From Chitinophagaceae bacterium (GTDB lineage: Bacteria > Bacteroidota > Bacteroidia > Chitinophagales > Chitinophagaceae), in assembly GCA_947457465.1 (NCBI GenBank), contig CANGWB010000005.1, forward strand, positions 11,829 to 75,828: DNA of 64,000 nucleotides, given 5' to 3'. The position numbers and the translations under genes were made by a program. Of the stretch, positions 1-9,275 are shown piece after piece. Every line of letters begins with the position of its first letter. The first letter of the stretch is position 1. Under the pieces are notes generated by a model. The model ran no database searches and had not been told where the DNA came from. It saw nothing but the letters and a program-made list of their open reading frames with translations.

Positions 1-631
1 TTTTATGATAATCGAGATGGTCGTGTGTGATGTTCGTAAAAATTCCGCCTGCAAACGAAATACCATGTATGCGATGCTGATGGATCGCATGCGAACTAGC
101 CTCCATAAAAACATAGCTACAACCCGCCTCTACCATTTTACGCAGCAAGCCGTGGAGCTGAATTGCATCGGGCGTGGTATGCGTCGATTCAACCACTTCA
201 CCTTCGACCCGATTTTCTACAGTGCTCAGCAGTCCGCACCGATACCCCATCGAGCGGAATAGTTTATAGAGAAGCGTCGCTACCGTAGTTTTTCCATTGG
301 TACCGGTCACGCCTACTATCTTCAATTGCTTGGCAGGATCACCATAAAAGTTAGCAGCCATCACCGCCAGCGCAATCGAAGAATCGGCTGTTTGGATCCA
401 GGCAGCGGATGTTTCCGTGTCAGGTGCCGTCTCGGCAACGATCAATGCAGCACCGTTCGAAATTGCCTGTTGGATGTAATCATGACCATCGACCTGTGTA
501 CCACGCAAGGCAATGAAGGCCGCACCCGGAGTCACCTTACGGGAATCGGTATGCAGCGCATTTATGTCGACCATCAGTTCTCCACTGACGGCTTGAATGG
601 TAACGCGATATAATAATTCCTGTGCAATCAT
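1..631 (-). CDS. murE: UDP-N-acetylmuramoyl-L-alanyl-D-glutamate--diaminopimelate ligase, 5' part (runs off the left edge)
   Basis: Manual translation from ATG 631 (not in ORF track): MIAQELLYRV...DSRKV...VGVTGTNGKTT...HTTPD...MEASSH...FTNITHDHLDYH, the Mur ligase motifs; directly follows ftsI. Confidence 0.95.
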   Translation of the reverse strand, partial: MIAQELLYRVTIQAVSGELMVDINALHTDSRKVTPGAAFIALRGTQVDGHDYIQQAISNGAALIVAETAPDTETSAAWIQTADSSIALAVMAANFYGDPAKQLKIVGVTGTNGKTTVATLLYKLFRSMGYRCGLLSTVENRVEGEVVESTHTTPDAIQLHGLLRKMVEAGCSYVFMEASSHAIHQHRIHGISFAGGIFTNITHDHLDYHK

Positions 632-633
632 GA

Positions 634-2772
634 TTAGTTCAGTTCAAGGATCAGTTTTGATCCGCGTGCGATCGGTGCGCCCGGCAACACAGATTGATTT
701 TTTATTTTTCCTTTTCCCCTGACTTCTAGTTGAATGTTGGCTCGCAGTTGCTCCACTTGCAGCACGGCATCACGCAAACTCATGTCGCGCAGATCAGGCA
801 TACCACCCGTTGCCGATTTCTTGGCCTGCCATTGATTGGCCGCATGCTCGGCTCGAACGGCCACGAAAGAGGCATTTGCCGATGAATCGATCTGTTGCAT
901 ACCCATAGCCGAGTAAACACGCAAGAGGGACGTACGACTTCCTGCATATTGAGAGGAGCTACTATCCTTTTTAATAGCCAGCTGAACAGGTTGGGGCGAC
1001 ACAACATACATAGCATGCAACTTCGTCGCGATCTCTCTGAACACAGGTGCGGCAAGCGTTCCACCGTATATATCTGAAGCGCCCGGTTTTGTACGGATCA
1101 ATACAATGCAACTGAACTGAGGGCGATCAGCCGGAAAATAGCCAGCGAATGATGCTTGATAAACACCATCCTTGTATTGATACGTTCCATCCCAAACCTG
1201 TGCCGTTCCGGTTTTTCCTGCTACGCTAAAGGGAAGATCCTTGAATGCTCGGCGGCCGGTGCCTTCGGTAACGACTGCTTCCAAGGAACGACGGGCCGAT
1301 TCAATCACATCCGCGCGTGCGATAGAATTTGCGAGTACCGTTGGTACGAATTGACGATAGGCAACGCCACCCTGACGGATCGAACTGACTAGATAGGGTT
1401 TCATCATTTTTCCACCGTTGGCAACTGCATTGTAAAACGTGAGCGTATGAAGTGGGCTGACTTGCACGCCATATCCGAAACTGATCCACAGCATATTTCC
1501 AACGGAACTTCCTTTCTGATCGAGCGGATTGATTCGAGGCGATGGCAGATCCGTCAGATCGATGGGCAGGCGATCGACCAAGCCGTATCGTTTCAGATAA
1601 TCTCTTATCTCGGTTGGTTTATTGCCAAAGGCTTTCAGCGCCAAGCGGCTCATACCGATATTGGAGCTGTGTGAAAAACATTCTTGTACAGTAAGTATGG
1701 GCTTAGGTGAGCGCTCGGCATCGGTGACCCATTTGGAGGCAACCAGTCCTTTGGTAGTAGAACCGATCGTGACTGTATCATTAATCGAGGATGTTCTTTT
1801 TTCTAAAACCGCCAGCAAGGTTGCCAGTTTGATCGTTGATCCAGGCTCGGTATTGCGCAAAGCATAATTATCATCTTCCCAATAACTGCCGTCGGGTCGT
1901 CGACCGAGGTTCGCAATAGCTTTGATCTTACCGGTAGCTGTCTCCATCACAATGGCGGTACCGTAGAGGGCTTCGATCTGTTGAACTTTCGCTAACAAGG
2001 CCTGTTCCGTGATATCTTGGATGGCGAGATCCAGCGTCGTGTAGATATCTTTTCCGTCCAGCGGCTCTGTTTCCGTTCCTTCGATGGGAACCGCCGTTCC
2101 GGGTGCTACATATTGCACCATTCGCTGGCCGTCCCGTCCACTTAGCAAAGAGTCATAACTTTTTTCCAATCCGACATTCATCTTCTTGACTTTGCCGTCG
2201 GATAAAATATGTTCACGAGAGAGCCCTACGGTTCGGCTAGCCAGCATTCCATATGGAACCAAACGCTTAGAGCTCACTTCAATGATAAGTCCGCTTTTAT
2301 TTCTACCCAGGTTGGCGAGTGGAAAGTTGCGGAATGCCTTGTATTGATCGAAACTGAGTTTCTTCTTCAAGGAATAATATCGATCACCGCGTTGAAACGC
2401 GGCTTTTAATTCACTCGAATAGGTTGCTGCGGAACGGTCGCCGAAATAGGCTGACATCGCCCGGGCAAACGAATCGATCTTCTCATTGAAACGCTTTCCC
2501 TTCTTTTCCTTCAATCCGTCTGCTTGAAAATCAAAATAGACATCGAAGGTGGGAATAGAAGTACTAAGCATCTCCCCGTTCTCCGTATAGATAGTGCCTC
2601 TTTGTGCGTCGAGTGACACAAAGCGCTGACGCATGCTATCACTCAGCGCGCGCCAATAACTTCCTTCCACGCGCTGGATATAGACGGCCCGACCTAATAC
2701 CAGAAAACCCAGTACGGCGATACCGATAAAACTGAGGTATACCCTTGCTAATATGTCGCGCTTGGTATCCAT
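634..2772 (-). CDS. ftsI: Penicillin-binding protein 3 / cell division transpeptidase with C-terminal PASTA-like domain
   Basis: N-terminal TM helix, EPGSTIK (SxxK), HSSN (SxN), KTGTAQ. Start moved to ATG 2772, which overlaps the ftsL stop (TGATG). Confidence 0.93.
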   Translation of the reverse strand: MDTKRDILARVYLSFIGIAVLGFLVLGRAVYIQRVEGSYWRALSDSMRQRFVSLDAQRGTIYTENGEMLSTSIPTFDVYFDFQADGLKEKKGKRFNEKIDSFARAMSAYFGDRSAATYSSELKAAFQRGDRYYSLKKKLSFDQYKAFRNFPLANLGRNKSGLIIEVSSKRLVPYGMLASRTVGLSREHILSDGKVKKMNVGLEKSYDSLLSGRDGQRMVQYVAPGTAVPIEGTETEPLDGKDIYTTLDLAIQDITEQALLAKVQQIEALYGTAIVMETATGKIKAIANLGRRPDGSYWEDDNYALRNTEPGSTIKLATLLAVLEKRTSSINDTVTIGSTTKGLVASKWVTDAERSPKPILTVQECFSHSSNIGMSRLALKAFGNKPTEIRDYLKRYGLVDRLPIDLTDLPSPRINPLDQKGSSVGNMLWISFGYGVQVSPLHTLTFYNAVANGGKMMKPYLVSSIRQGGVAYRQFVPTVLANSIARADVIESARRSLEAVVTEGTGRRAFKDLPFSVAGKTGTAQVWDGTYQYKDGVYQASFAGYFPADRPQFSCIVLIRTKPGASDIYGGTLAAPVFREIATKLHAMYVVSPQPVQLAIKKDSSSSQYAGSRTSLLRVYSAMGMQQIDSSANASFVAVRAEHAANQWQAKKSATGGMPDLRDMSLRDAVLQVEQLRANIQLEVRGKGKIKNQSVLPGAPIARGSKLILELN

Positions 2773-3107
2773 CAATCGGTTTGTTTTTTGTCCGTGGCAG
2801 AGGAATCGCTTAATACCCAAGGCGACCCGGTTAGTGCTTTCAATCCCAAGGGCTCTACGGCCCGGGCCACCTCACTCGGCATACTGCGTGCCAGTAATTC
2901 ACCTTTAGCCGTTATATATTCGTATTGCAATTCACGGATCTCTTTCTCTGCGAGCTGGGTGAGACGAATGGTTTTATTCGCCCAATGACCATTGTAGATA
3001 TAAACGACACCCAATAATGTCAGGAATAAAATGAACGGCAGCTGGCGAACCAGTGAGGGGTAGTTCAACCACCGCTTCCAGTTCAGCTTTGTTTCATTTG
3101 TTGACAT
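2772..3107 (-). CDS. ftsL: FtsL-like cell division protein (Bacteroidota type)
   Basis: 111 aa, single TM followed by coiled coil; position between rsmH and ftsI. Confidence 0.8.
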   Translation of the reverse strand: MSTNETKLNWKRWLNYPSLVRQLPFILFLTLLGVVYIYNGHWANKTIRLTQLAEKEIRELQYEYITAKGELLARSMPSEVARAVEPLGLKALTGSPWVLSDSSATDKKQTD

Positions 3108-3154
3108 GATCGATTACTTAATTTTTATTCATCTGCTTCTGTCTTGGCCGTCAC

Positions 3155-4087
3155 TCATCGCTTCTCAGCGATGCGCAACTTGGCACTTCGGGAACGGGGG
3201 TTGATTCGTTTCTCTTCTTCGGTCGGCTCAATGGGCTTTCGGGTGATCACCTCAAAAGGGTTGACCGATTCAGTTCGGGAAAAGGGGTTTGGATCCGGGT
3301 CCTCGAAAGAACCTTTTCGGAAAAAATGCTTGACCAGCCGGTCTTCGATCGAATGAAACGTGATGATGGCCGCACGACCACCGGGTTTGAGCACCGCCGG
3401 TAATTGCTCGAGTAACTCTTGCAAAGACGCGACTTCCTCATTGACCTCCATACGCAAGGCCTGAAATACCTGGGCGAAATACTTGCTGGGATTCCCCTTT
3501 ACGATCTCTCGGATGACCTGCTTCAGCGCTTCAGTCGAATCAATTTTCACATGTTGCCGTTGTGAGACAAGCAAACGTGCCAAGGTGCGCGAATTGGTCA
3601 CCTCGCCATATTGCTCGAACATCCGATGCAACGCCGATTCTTCATATTGAGCGATCACATCAGCCGCCGTCATCGATTGACGCTGGTCCATCCGCATGTC
3701 CAACGGCCCTTCGAAGCGGATGGAAAAACCACGATCCGCTTCATCGAACTGATGACTGCTAACACCCAGATCGGCCAGCACACCATCAACCTGATCGACA
3801 CCCGACAAACGCAGAAAACGTCGGAGGTGGCGAAAGTTCTGTGGCCAGAATTGCACCCGTGGATCGGCTGGTAGATTTTGAACCGCATCAGCATCCTGAT
3901 CGAACGCGATCAATTTGCCATTCGGACCCAACTGCTGCAATAGCGCACGACCATGACCTCCACCACCCAACGTGCAATCGACATAAACGCCGGCCGGCCG
4001 AATGTTCAGCCCCTCCACCGCCTCCAGCAACAGCACGGGCACGTGGTAGAATGGATCGGAAGCCTGTGGTGTTACCTTCCTTTCCAT
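3155..4087 (-). CDS. rsmH: 16S rRNA m4C1402 methyltransferase
   Basis: HVPVLL, DCTLGGGGH, DLGVSSHQFD, DGP/LDMRM, ITFHSIEDR, NPRSRSAKLR motifs. Confidence 0.97.
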   Translation of the reverse strand: MERKVTPQASDPFYHVPVLLLEAVEGLNIRPAGVYVDCTLGGGGHGRALLQQLGPNGKLIAFDQDADAVQNLPADPRVQFWPQNFRHLRRFLRLSGVDQVDGVLADLGVSSHQFDEADRGFSIRFEGPLDMRMDQRQSMTAADVIAQYEESALHRMFEQYGEVTNSRTLARLLVSQRQHVKIDSTEALKQVIREIVKGNPSKYFAQVFQALRMEVNEEVASLQELLEQLPAVLKPGGRAAIITFHSIEDRLVKHFFRKGSFEDPDPNPFSRTESVNPFEVITRKPIEPTEEEKRINPRSRSAKLRIAEKR

Positions 4088-4093
4088 CTGAAC

Positions 4094-4561
4094 TTATTGA
4101 CCGGCTGCGTGCTGGTTAGGAACCATCACTTCTTGCGCCAGCTTGCTGAACGCCTCCGGAGAGAACGAATCAAAGAACTGTTTGTACGTATTACTATCCC
4201 AGATCTCAATCTTGTTTACGGCCGCCACCAGCACGATGTCGCGCTGGAGATTGGCATGCCCCTTCAGGTTCGGTGGTACCAATAAGCGACCCGCTGTATC
4301 CGGCTCCACCATGGTCGCCCCATTCAGGAAGTAGCGACGAAACTCCCGCACCTTCGGATCGAAGTCATTCAACTTGCTGATGTCGGCAAAAAGCGGCTCC
4401 CAATTCCGAATGGGGTACAAAGCCAGACTTTTCTCAAAACCCCTGTTCATGACAAACTGCAACCCCTCCCCCTCCAGCAACTGCTTCTTAAAGCCAGCCG
4501 GAAGCAGAAACCGCCCCTTGGCGTCCAGTGTTGCTTCGTATTCTCCAATGAAACCAGTCAT
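4094..4561 (-). CDS. mraZ: Division/cell wall cluster transcriptional repressor MraZ
   Basis: FIGEYEATLDAKGRFLLP ... DTAGRLLVP ... KIEIWD; first gene of the dcw cluster. Start moved to ATG 4561. Confidence 0.95.
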   Translation of the reverse strand: MTGFIGEYEATLDAKGRFLLPAGFKKQLLEGEGLQFVMNRGFEKSLALYPIRNWEPLFADISKLNDFDPKVREFRRYFLNGATMVEPDTAGRLLVPPNLKGHANLQRDIVLVAAVNKIEIWDSNTYKQFFDSFSPEAFSKLAQEVMVPNQHAAGQ

Positions 4562-4580
4562 TATCAGTAGGTTGAGCAGG

Positions 4581-4620
4581 CATTGACCTGCATTGACACA
4601 AAATAACACTTTTTACCACC
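4581..4620 (-). promoter_or_regulatory. MraZ-type operator: GTG direct repeats at 10-bp period
   Basis: Minus strand reads gGTGgtaaaa aGTGttattt tGTGtcaatg cAGGtcaatg, 20-60 nt upstream of mraZ; MraZ is known to bind GTG-core repeats at about 10-bp spacing. Confidence 0.65.
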
Positions 4621-4648
4621 GTAAGACCAAATTTTGGGGAGTGTTAAT

Positions 4649-4769
4649 TTATCCCCACACACATATCCGATGAAACCTTTTACAGTATGGCGTTTCATTG
4701 ATTTTTAATGATGTTTCTTAGAAAATCATGTGCGTTACATGTGGATTGGTGTGGATAACCTGTGGATTG
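4649..4769. promoter_or_regulatory. Cluster of DnaA-box-like 9-mers in the mraZ/queA divergent intergenic region
   Basis: TTATCCCCA 4649-4657 (+), TGTGGATTG 4740-4748, TGTGGATAA 4750-4758 (perfect TTATCCACA on -), TGTGGATTG 4761-4769. Confidence 0.55.
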
Positions 4770-4823
4770 AGTTAAAATCCTGTCATTTTTGTGACTTTTG
4801 CATCACTCAACAGTTAGTTGCGT

Positions 4824-6041
4824 ATGGACCCACGTTTAATTGATATTGCGTCATTTGACTATGATTTGCCATCGGATCGGATTGCCGCCCATCCGGCGCA
4901 CCCGAGGGACCATTCCCGTTTATTGATTTATAGAGAGGGGCAATTACATCATCGTCCATTCTATGAATTACCCGAGGAACTTGGGTCCGGCGTTCAGTTA
5001 TGTGTCAATGATTCCCGAGTCATTCCCGCTCGTTTACTTTTTGAGAAGTCGACCGGCGGTCGGATAGAAGTGTTTTGTTTGGAGCCCGATCCCAGGTACC
5101 CCGAACCTTCGCTGGCATTGAACTGTAGGGGAGGTGTTTATTGGCGATGCCTGATCGGAGGTGCTTCCAAATGGAAAAAAGGAACGTCCCTTCAATTATT
5201 GCTTCCGGACTCCGAAAAGCAAGAATACCTCACGGCGCATCTTCTGGAAAAAGGGGAGACGGATTTTCAGATTCTATTTGAATGGCCTGAAGCCATTGGC
5301 AGTTTTGGAGAAGTACTGGAACGAGCCGGCCGCATCCCCTTGCCGCCCTATATCAAACGAGCTCCTCAGGAGGCAGACCAAACCGATTATCAAACCACCT
5401 ACGCACAACAGAACGGATCCGTAGCGGCGCCTACAGCCGGACTGCATTTCACCGATAACGTATTAAATGCATTGAAGCAAATCAACATCGAGCCGCTGCC
5501 AGTGACGTTGCATGTTGGGGCCGGCACCTTCAAACCCGTCACCGCTGATCGACTGGAAAATCATGCCATGCACGGAGAATGGATCCACATACAAAGATCC
5601 TTGCTGAGTAAACTCCTGCAACACCAAGGGAAACGCGTTGTCGTAGGAACTACCACCCTTCGAACGCTAGAATCCATTTATTGGCTGGGTAACCGACTCT
5701 GCCAAACCGAGCATGCTTCGCTGGACCTGCTGACCCAATGGGAACCCTATGAAACACACGATCCGGTTTCCGTGCCTGCAGCGATCGAAGCCCTCATGAA
5801 AAAAATGGATAACAACGGGATCGACTCTTTGTGGGCGCGTACCGAACTACTGATCGCACCAGGGTATCAAATCCGAATGGCAGACGGCATCATCACAAAT
5901 TTTCATCAACCCCGATCCACTTTACTCTTGCTTATTTCTGCTTTTATCGGGGATGACTGGAGGAAAGTCTATTCCTATGCGATGGAGAATGATTTTCGCT
6001 TTTTGAGCTATGGCGACAGTAGTTTGCTTTGGAGAAGTTAA
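4824..6041 (+). CDS. queA: S-adenosylmethionine:tRNA ribosyltransferase-isomerase
   Basis: FDYDLP..IA, RDHSRLL, NDSRVIPARL, IPLPPYIKR, YQT.YA..GSVAAPTAGLHFT, TLHVGAGTF, VGTTTLRTLES, TNFHQP.STLL, FLSYGD. Confidence 0.95.
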   Translation: MDPRLIDIASFDYDLPSDRIAAHPAHPRDHSRLLIYREGQLHHRPFYELPEELGSGVQLCVNDSRVIPARLLFEKSTGGRIEVFCLEPDPRYPEPSLALNCRGGVYWRCLIGGASKWKKGTSLQLLLPDSEKQEYLTAHLLEKGETDFQILFEWPEAIGSFGEVLERAGRIPLPPYIKRAPQEADQTDYQTTYAQQNGSVAAPTAGLHFTDNVLNALKQINIEPLPVTLHVGAGTFKPVTADRLENHAMHGEWIHIQRSLLSKLLQHQGKRVVVGTTTLRTLESIYWLGNRLCQTEHASLDLLTQWEPYETHDPVSVPAAIEALMKKMDNNGIDSLWARTELLIAPGYQIRMADGIITNFHQPRSTLLLLISAFIGDDWRKVYSYAMENDFRFLSYGDSSLLWRS

Positions 6042-6053
6042 TGCGTGAACCAA

Positions 6054-7388
6054 TTATGCAGTTCCTCGCTGCGGAAAACGCAACTGAAAACGACTTCCCT
6101 TTCCAACGGTACTTTCTGCTGTGATCGCACCCCGATGCGCATCCACCAACGTTTTTACGTAACTCAGTCCGAGTCCGAATCCTTTCACGTTATGAATATT
6201 ACCCGTGTGTGCCCGGTAGAATTTCTCATAAATCCGCTTGAGTGTATCGCGTGTCATCCCGATGCCATTGTCGGAGATGGCGATATGTAACTGGCCGGAG
6301 GCCGACCAGGTTTCGATCTTCACCGCTGGCGCCACATCCTGTCTGGAATACTTCAACGCATTGTCGACCAAATTGCTGATCAGATTTGACATGTGACCCT
6401 CATCGGCCTGAATCAGATCGTTCGAAGCCTGCAAAGACAGTTCGATCTTTCCGCCTCGTGACTCCAACTGAAGCGCGTAGGTACCCACTACCTGCTCGAT
6501 CAAGGGGTGAACATGTACAGGTTTGAATTCGATCTCGAAATCTTGTCGCTCTAATTGGGAAGCACGAAGAATGGATTCAACCTGACGATTCATCCGCAGA
6601 TTTTCTTCTTTGATGATCGAATTGAAATAATTCATGCGTGCCGGATCGGCTTTCACCTTTTCATTCCGCAAGGCATCCACGGCTAAGGAGATGGTGGCAA
6701 TGGGTGTCTTGAATTCGTGTGTCATGTTATTGATGAAATCATTCTTGATCTCCACCAGTTTCTTCTGTCGAACCATCGTGCGAAGCGTCAGGTAGAAAGC
6801 TGTAACAATGATCAACGTGAATAGAATGGAAACCGCGATCGGCCACCAAAGAGATTGCAATACCAGGGAACGGATATCGGGAATCACCACAAACAGCACC
6901 TCTCCTCTTCCCAAATTCTCCCCCACCGTGCCGCTCATCGCTTCGAGTACCCAATTGAATGTAAAGTTGTTGGCCGTATCAGAATACGCTTGTATGAAAT
7001 TGGGGGATACGCGTTCGAACGCGTTATTATCTGCTGCTTCAAAGGATGCGATACCGAACTCAAACCGCATACGCTCCGGAAGATGATACAATTGAAAAGC
7101 CTGTCTGAATTTTTTATCGACTTCCTCTACAGATACCTGCTGCCCGATGGATGGTGGACGAAAGATCTTGGATAAAAAACCATCATCCCAGAAAGGCCGG
7201 GTGGCAAGAGGACTGCCTTTGCGTGCGATCAGATCGTTACCTACCCAAATCGTTGCCTCCTCTACACTGTGCTTGATCTGCTCCTGGCGCAGCAACACCA
7301 TATTCTTCACCCATGACACTTGTATGCCGATGATGCCGATCAGTGATAAGCTGATCAATAAAATGATCAAGGGGAGGATTCGTTTCAC
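6054..7388 (-). CDS. Membrane sensor histidine kinase (HisKA + HATPase), no adjacent response regulator
   Basis: Two TM helices, DFINNMTHEFKTP H-box, NLVDNALKY, DNGIGM, FYR, GFGLGL. GTG 7388 chosen because TATTTTTG lies 6 nt upstream. Confidence 0.92.
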   Translation of the reverse strand: MKRILPLIILLISLSLIGIIGIQVSWVKNMVLLRQEQIKHSVEEATIWVGNDLIARKGSPLATRPFWDDGFLSKIFRPPSIGQQVSVEEVDKKFRQAFQLYHLPERMRFEFGIASFEAADNNAFERVSPNFIQAYSDTANNFTFNWVLEAMSGTVGENLGRGEVLFVVIPDIRSLVLQSLWWPIAVSILFTLIIVTAFYLTLRTMVRQKKLVEIKNDFINNMTHEFKTPIATISLAVDALRNEKVKADPARMNYFNSIIKEENLRMNRQVESILRASQLERQDFEIEFKPVHVHPLIEQVVGTYALQLESRGGKIELSLQASNDLIQADEGHMSNLISNLVDNALKYSRQDVAPAVKIETWSASGQLHIAISDNGIGMTRDTLKRIYEKFYRAHTGNIHNVKGFGLGLSYVKTLVDAHRGAITAESTVGKGSRFQLRFPQRGTA

Positions 7389-7468
7389 AGGAGTCAAAAA
7401 TAAGGTACCGGAGTAAGCTTCCTGTCCTTCAGGGGTACCACCTCCGTTTAATCCGTGTTAAATCGTCA

Positions 7469-9208
7469 CTATTTAACGGTGATCTTGGCCATCTTGAGCT
7501 TGGTACGGGCCAACGCTCGGATACGCCAGGAGGGCAGGAAGACCTCATTCTTTACAACCATCGCATGCCGGGGCATCAAAATGGTTTCTTCGTCATTTGT
7601 CGAGATGGTCCGACGAGTCATCTTTCCGGTAGGAATATCAATCGATACGCCCCAGGTATTGCTATTCTTACGGAAGTTAAAGATCCGTTTCACTTTATCA
7701 CCATAGCCCGCAAGGGTATTGTTCTTGCTGTGATCGTTGAATACCAGTATCAACCTATTGTTGTGAATGAGTTGGGCAAAAGAGGAATAGTAGGGCATCC
7801 CTCCGCCCTTCGCAAAATAGCCGCTGTAGTCCGAATAGAAACGGATGCCGCCACCCACACCGGAGTTCGAGGTCCGAATCTCTTCCAGCTGATTCTTGGG
7901 AATATCATTGATCCATTTGATCTGTCCGCGTTCATCGGCATTCACCACCAGAATGTCCTTATTCTCGAAACGATGCACGTGGTAGGTGGTCGTTCGCCAG
8001 GAGCGGGTGGATGCATTGTATTCCGAGGTCGTGTAGGTGTAATAGGTATACTTTGAGATTTCGGCTGTGATCAGATAACTGTTATCGGCCGGATTAAAAT
8101 CGACTGATTTGATGATGTACGAGTTGGGAAACTCATTTTCTTCATCATCGTCCCTCGCTTTCTTGGACGATCGCTTACTGTCGCGCGTTTCATCGTCCTC
8201 ATCCGCTTCATCTTCTGTATAATTCGCACCCAACATGGAGGCGTCCAATGGCTTAAAAGAAGCAAGTGTCAACGCTCCAACTTCTGTATTCAGTTTGCTC
8301 AGGAAGAATCCGTTCAGGTCTTCTTTATTAGAGGTGTTACTGTAAAAGCCGGCCAACAAGAGCTCCCCGCTTTTTAGCTCCATCAGCTTGCCTCCCAGCG
8401 TATATTTATCGTCCGACTCGACCACTACATCTTTTTCCTTTTTCCCCTTGGCATTATAGATGGCCATAGCATATTTTTTGAAAACCAGACGAGCCCGTTT
8501 CCGTTTTCCCACAGGTACTTCATCGAACTCCTTACCCAACACCACGATCTTATTGTTGGCTGTGTATTTCACGTCCTCGAGACTGTAAGTATTTTTTGGA
8601 TATTGTAAGTCGATCGAGGCATGCTGTTTGATTTTCAGGTTCTTGTCCAGCAGCACGATATCGAGATTGTTACGGTCGCTGGCAGAGATGTCAGTCACCA
8701 ACAAAAAATACTGGCCATTCTGAGCCGGCGCTACACTCAGGTCATAATCATCACGTTTGCTTTCCAATGTATAACTACCGATCTCCAGCATATTACCGGA
8801 GAGATCGCCTGTGTTCTTATCCACCTTCGATGCATAAACCTTAAAGACACGCTCCTTTTTTATGTAATCCGTGGCAAACAAAAAGATCTCATTGCCAAGC
8901 GGTTGAAAACTATGAAACTCCAACCCCTTGAGTTCACGTTTATAATCCTTTTCATAAACCTCTTCAAAATTCCGATCGAACTTGATCAGTTTATATGCTG
9001 TTCCATAGGCGGCCCCGATCACGAAGTAGCTTTTCATGCGCAGACTCCCCTCAGCAAAATAGACACCGGTATTGTCTGCGGTGACGATATCCATATCCAT
9101 TGTACCCTTCTTCATCTTCAGCATATCACCCCAGTTCACCTGATATTGCTGCGCCATCGGCTGAAGCGACAGCAAGAGGCAACCCACTATAAATAAAATC
9201 GTACGCAT
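7469..9208 (-). CDS. Uncharacterised secreted beta-rich protein (possible beta-propeller)
   Basis: 579 aa from ATG 9208 with Sec signal (MRTILFIVGCLLLSLQPMA|Q), repeated short beta-strand pattern and an acidic insert EDEADEDDE...DDDEENE. Confidence 0.75.
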   Translation of the reverse strand: MRTILFIVGCLLLSLQPMAQQYQVNWGDMLKMKKGTMDMDIVTADNTGVYFAEGSLRMKSYFVIGAAYGTAYKLIKFDRNFEEVYEKDYKRELKGLEFHSFQPLGNEIFLFATDYIKKERVFKVYASKVDKNTGDLSGNMLEIGSYTLESKRDDYDLSVAPAQNGQYFLLVTDISASDRNNLDIVLLDKNLKIKQHASIDLQYPKNTYSLEDVKYTANNKIVVLGKEFDEVPVGKRKRARLVFKKYAMAIYNAKGKKEKDVVVESDDKYTLGGKLMELKSGELLLAGFYSNTSNKEDLNGFFLSKLNTEVGALTLASFKPLDASMLGANYTEDEADEDDETRDSKRSSKKARDDDEENEFPNSYIIKSVDFNPADNSYLITAEISKYTYYTYTTSEYNASTRSWRTTTYHVHRFENKDILVVNADERGQIKWINDIPKNQLEEIRTSNSGVGGGIRFYSDYSGYFAKGGGMPYYSSFAQLIHNNRLILVFNDHSKNNTLAGYGDKVKRIFNFRKNSNTWGVSIDIPTGKMTRRTISTNDEETILMPRHAMVVKNEVFLPSWRIRALARTKLKMAKITVK

Positions 9209-9228
9209 GTATGAGATTTTGTTGAAAA

Positions 9229-9256
9229 TAAAAAAACCGCCCCATTTGGGGCGGTT
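9229..9256 (-). terminator. Intrinsic terminator of atpDC
   Basis: Stem AACCGCCCC/GGGGCGGTT, 4-nt loop, followed by a T-run on the minus strand, 20 nt after the atpC stop. Confidence 0.85.
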
Positions 9257-9275
9257 CAATGATTAATTAGATTGA

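Noticed and set aside
2773-2820. 5' extensions in the ORF track (ftsI 2820, mraZ 4609, atpC 9647, menG 22003, porT 22920, DUF1501 39299, pyrD 42129, FAD oxidase 61245 and others)
   Set aside because: Longest-ORF artefacts; family N-termini, stop/start overlaps and -7 boxes point to the downstream starts reported.
4562-4823. Calling the mraZ-queA intergenic region oriC
   Set aside because: Only one perfect DnaA box, no dnaA, dnaN or mnmG nearby, no clear DnaA-trio run, and GC skew cannot be computed here. It is kept only as a DnaA-box cluster.
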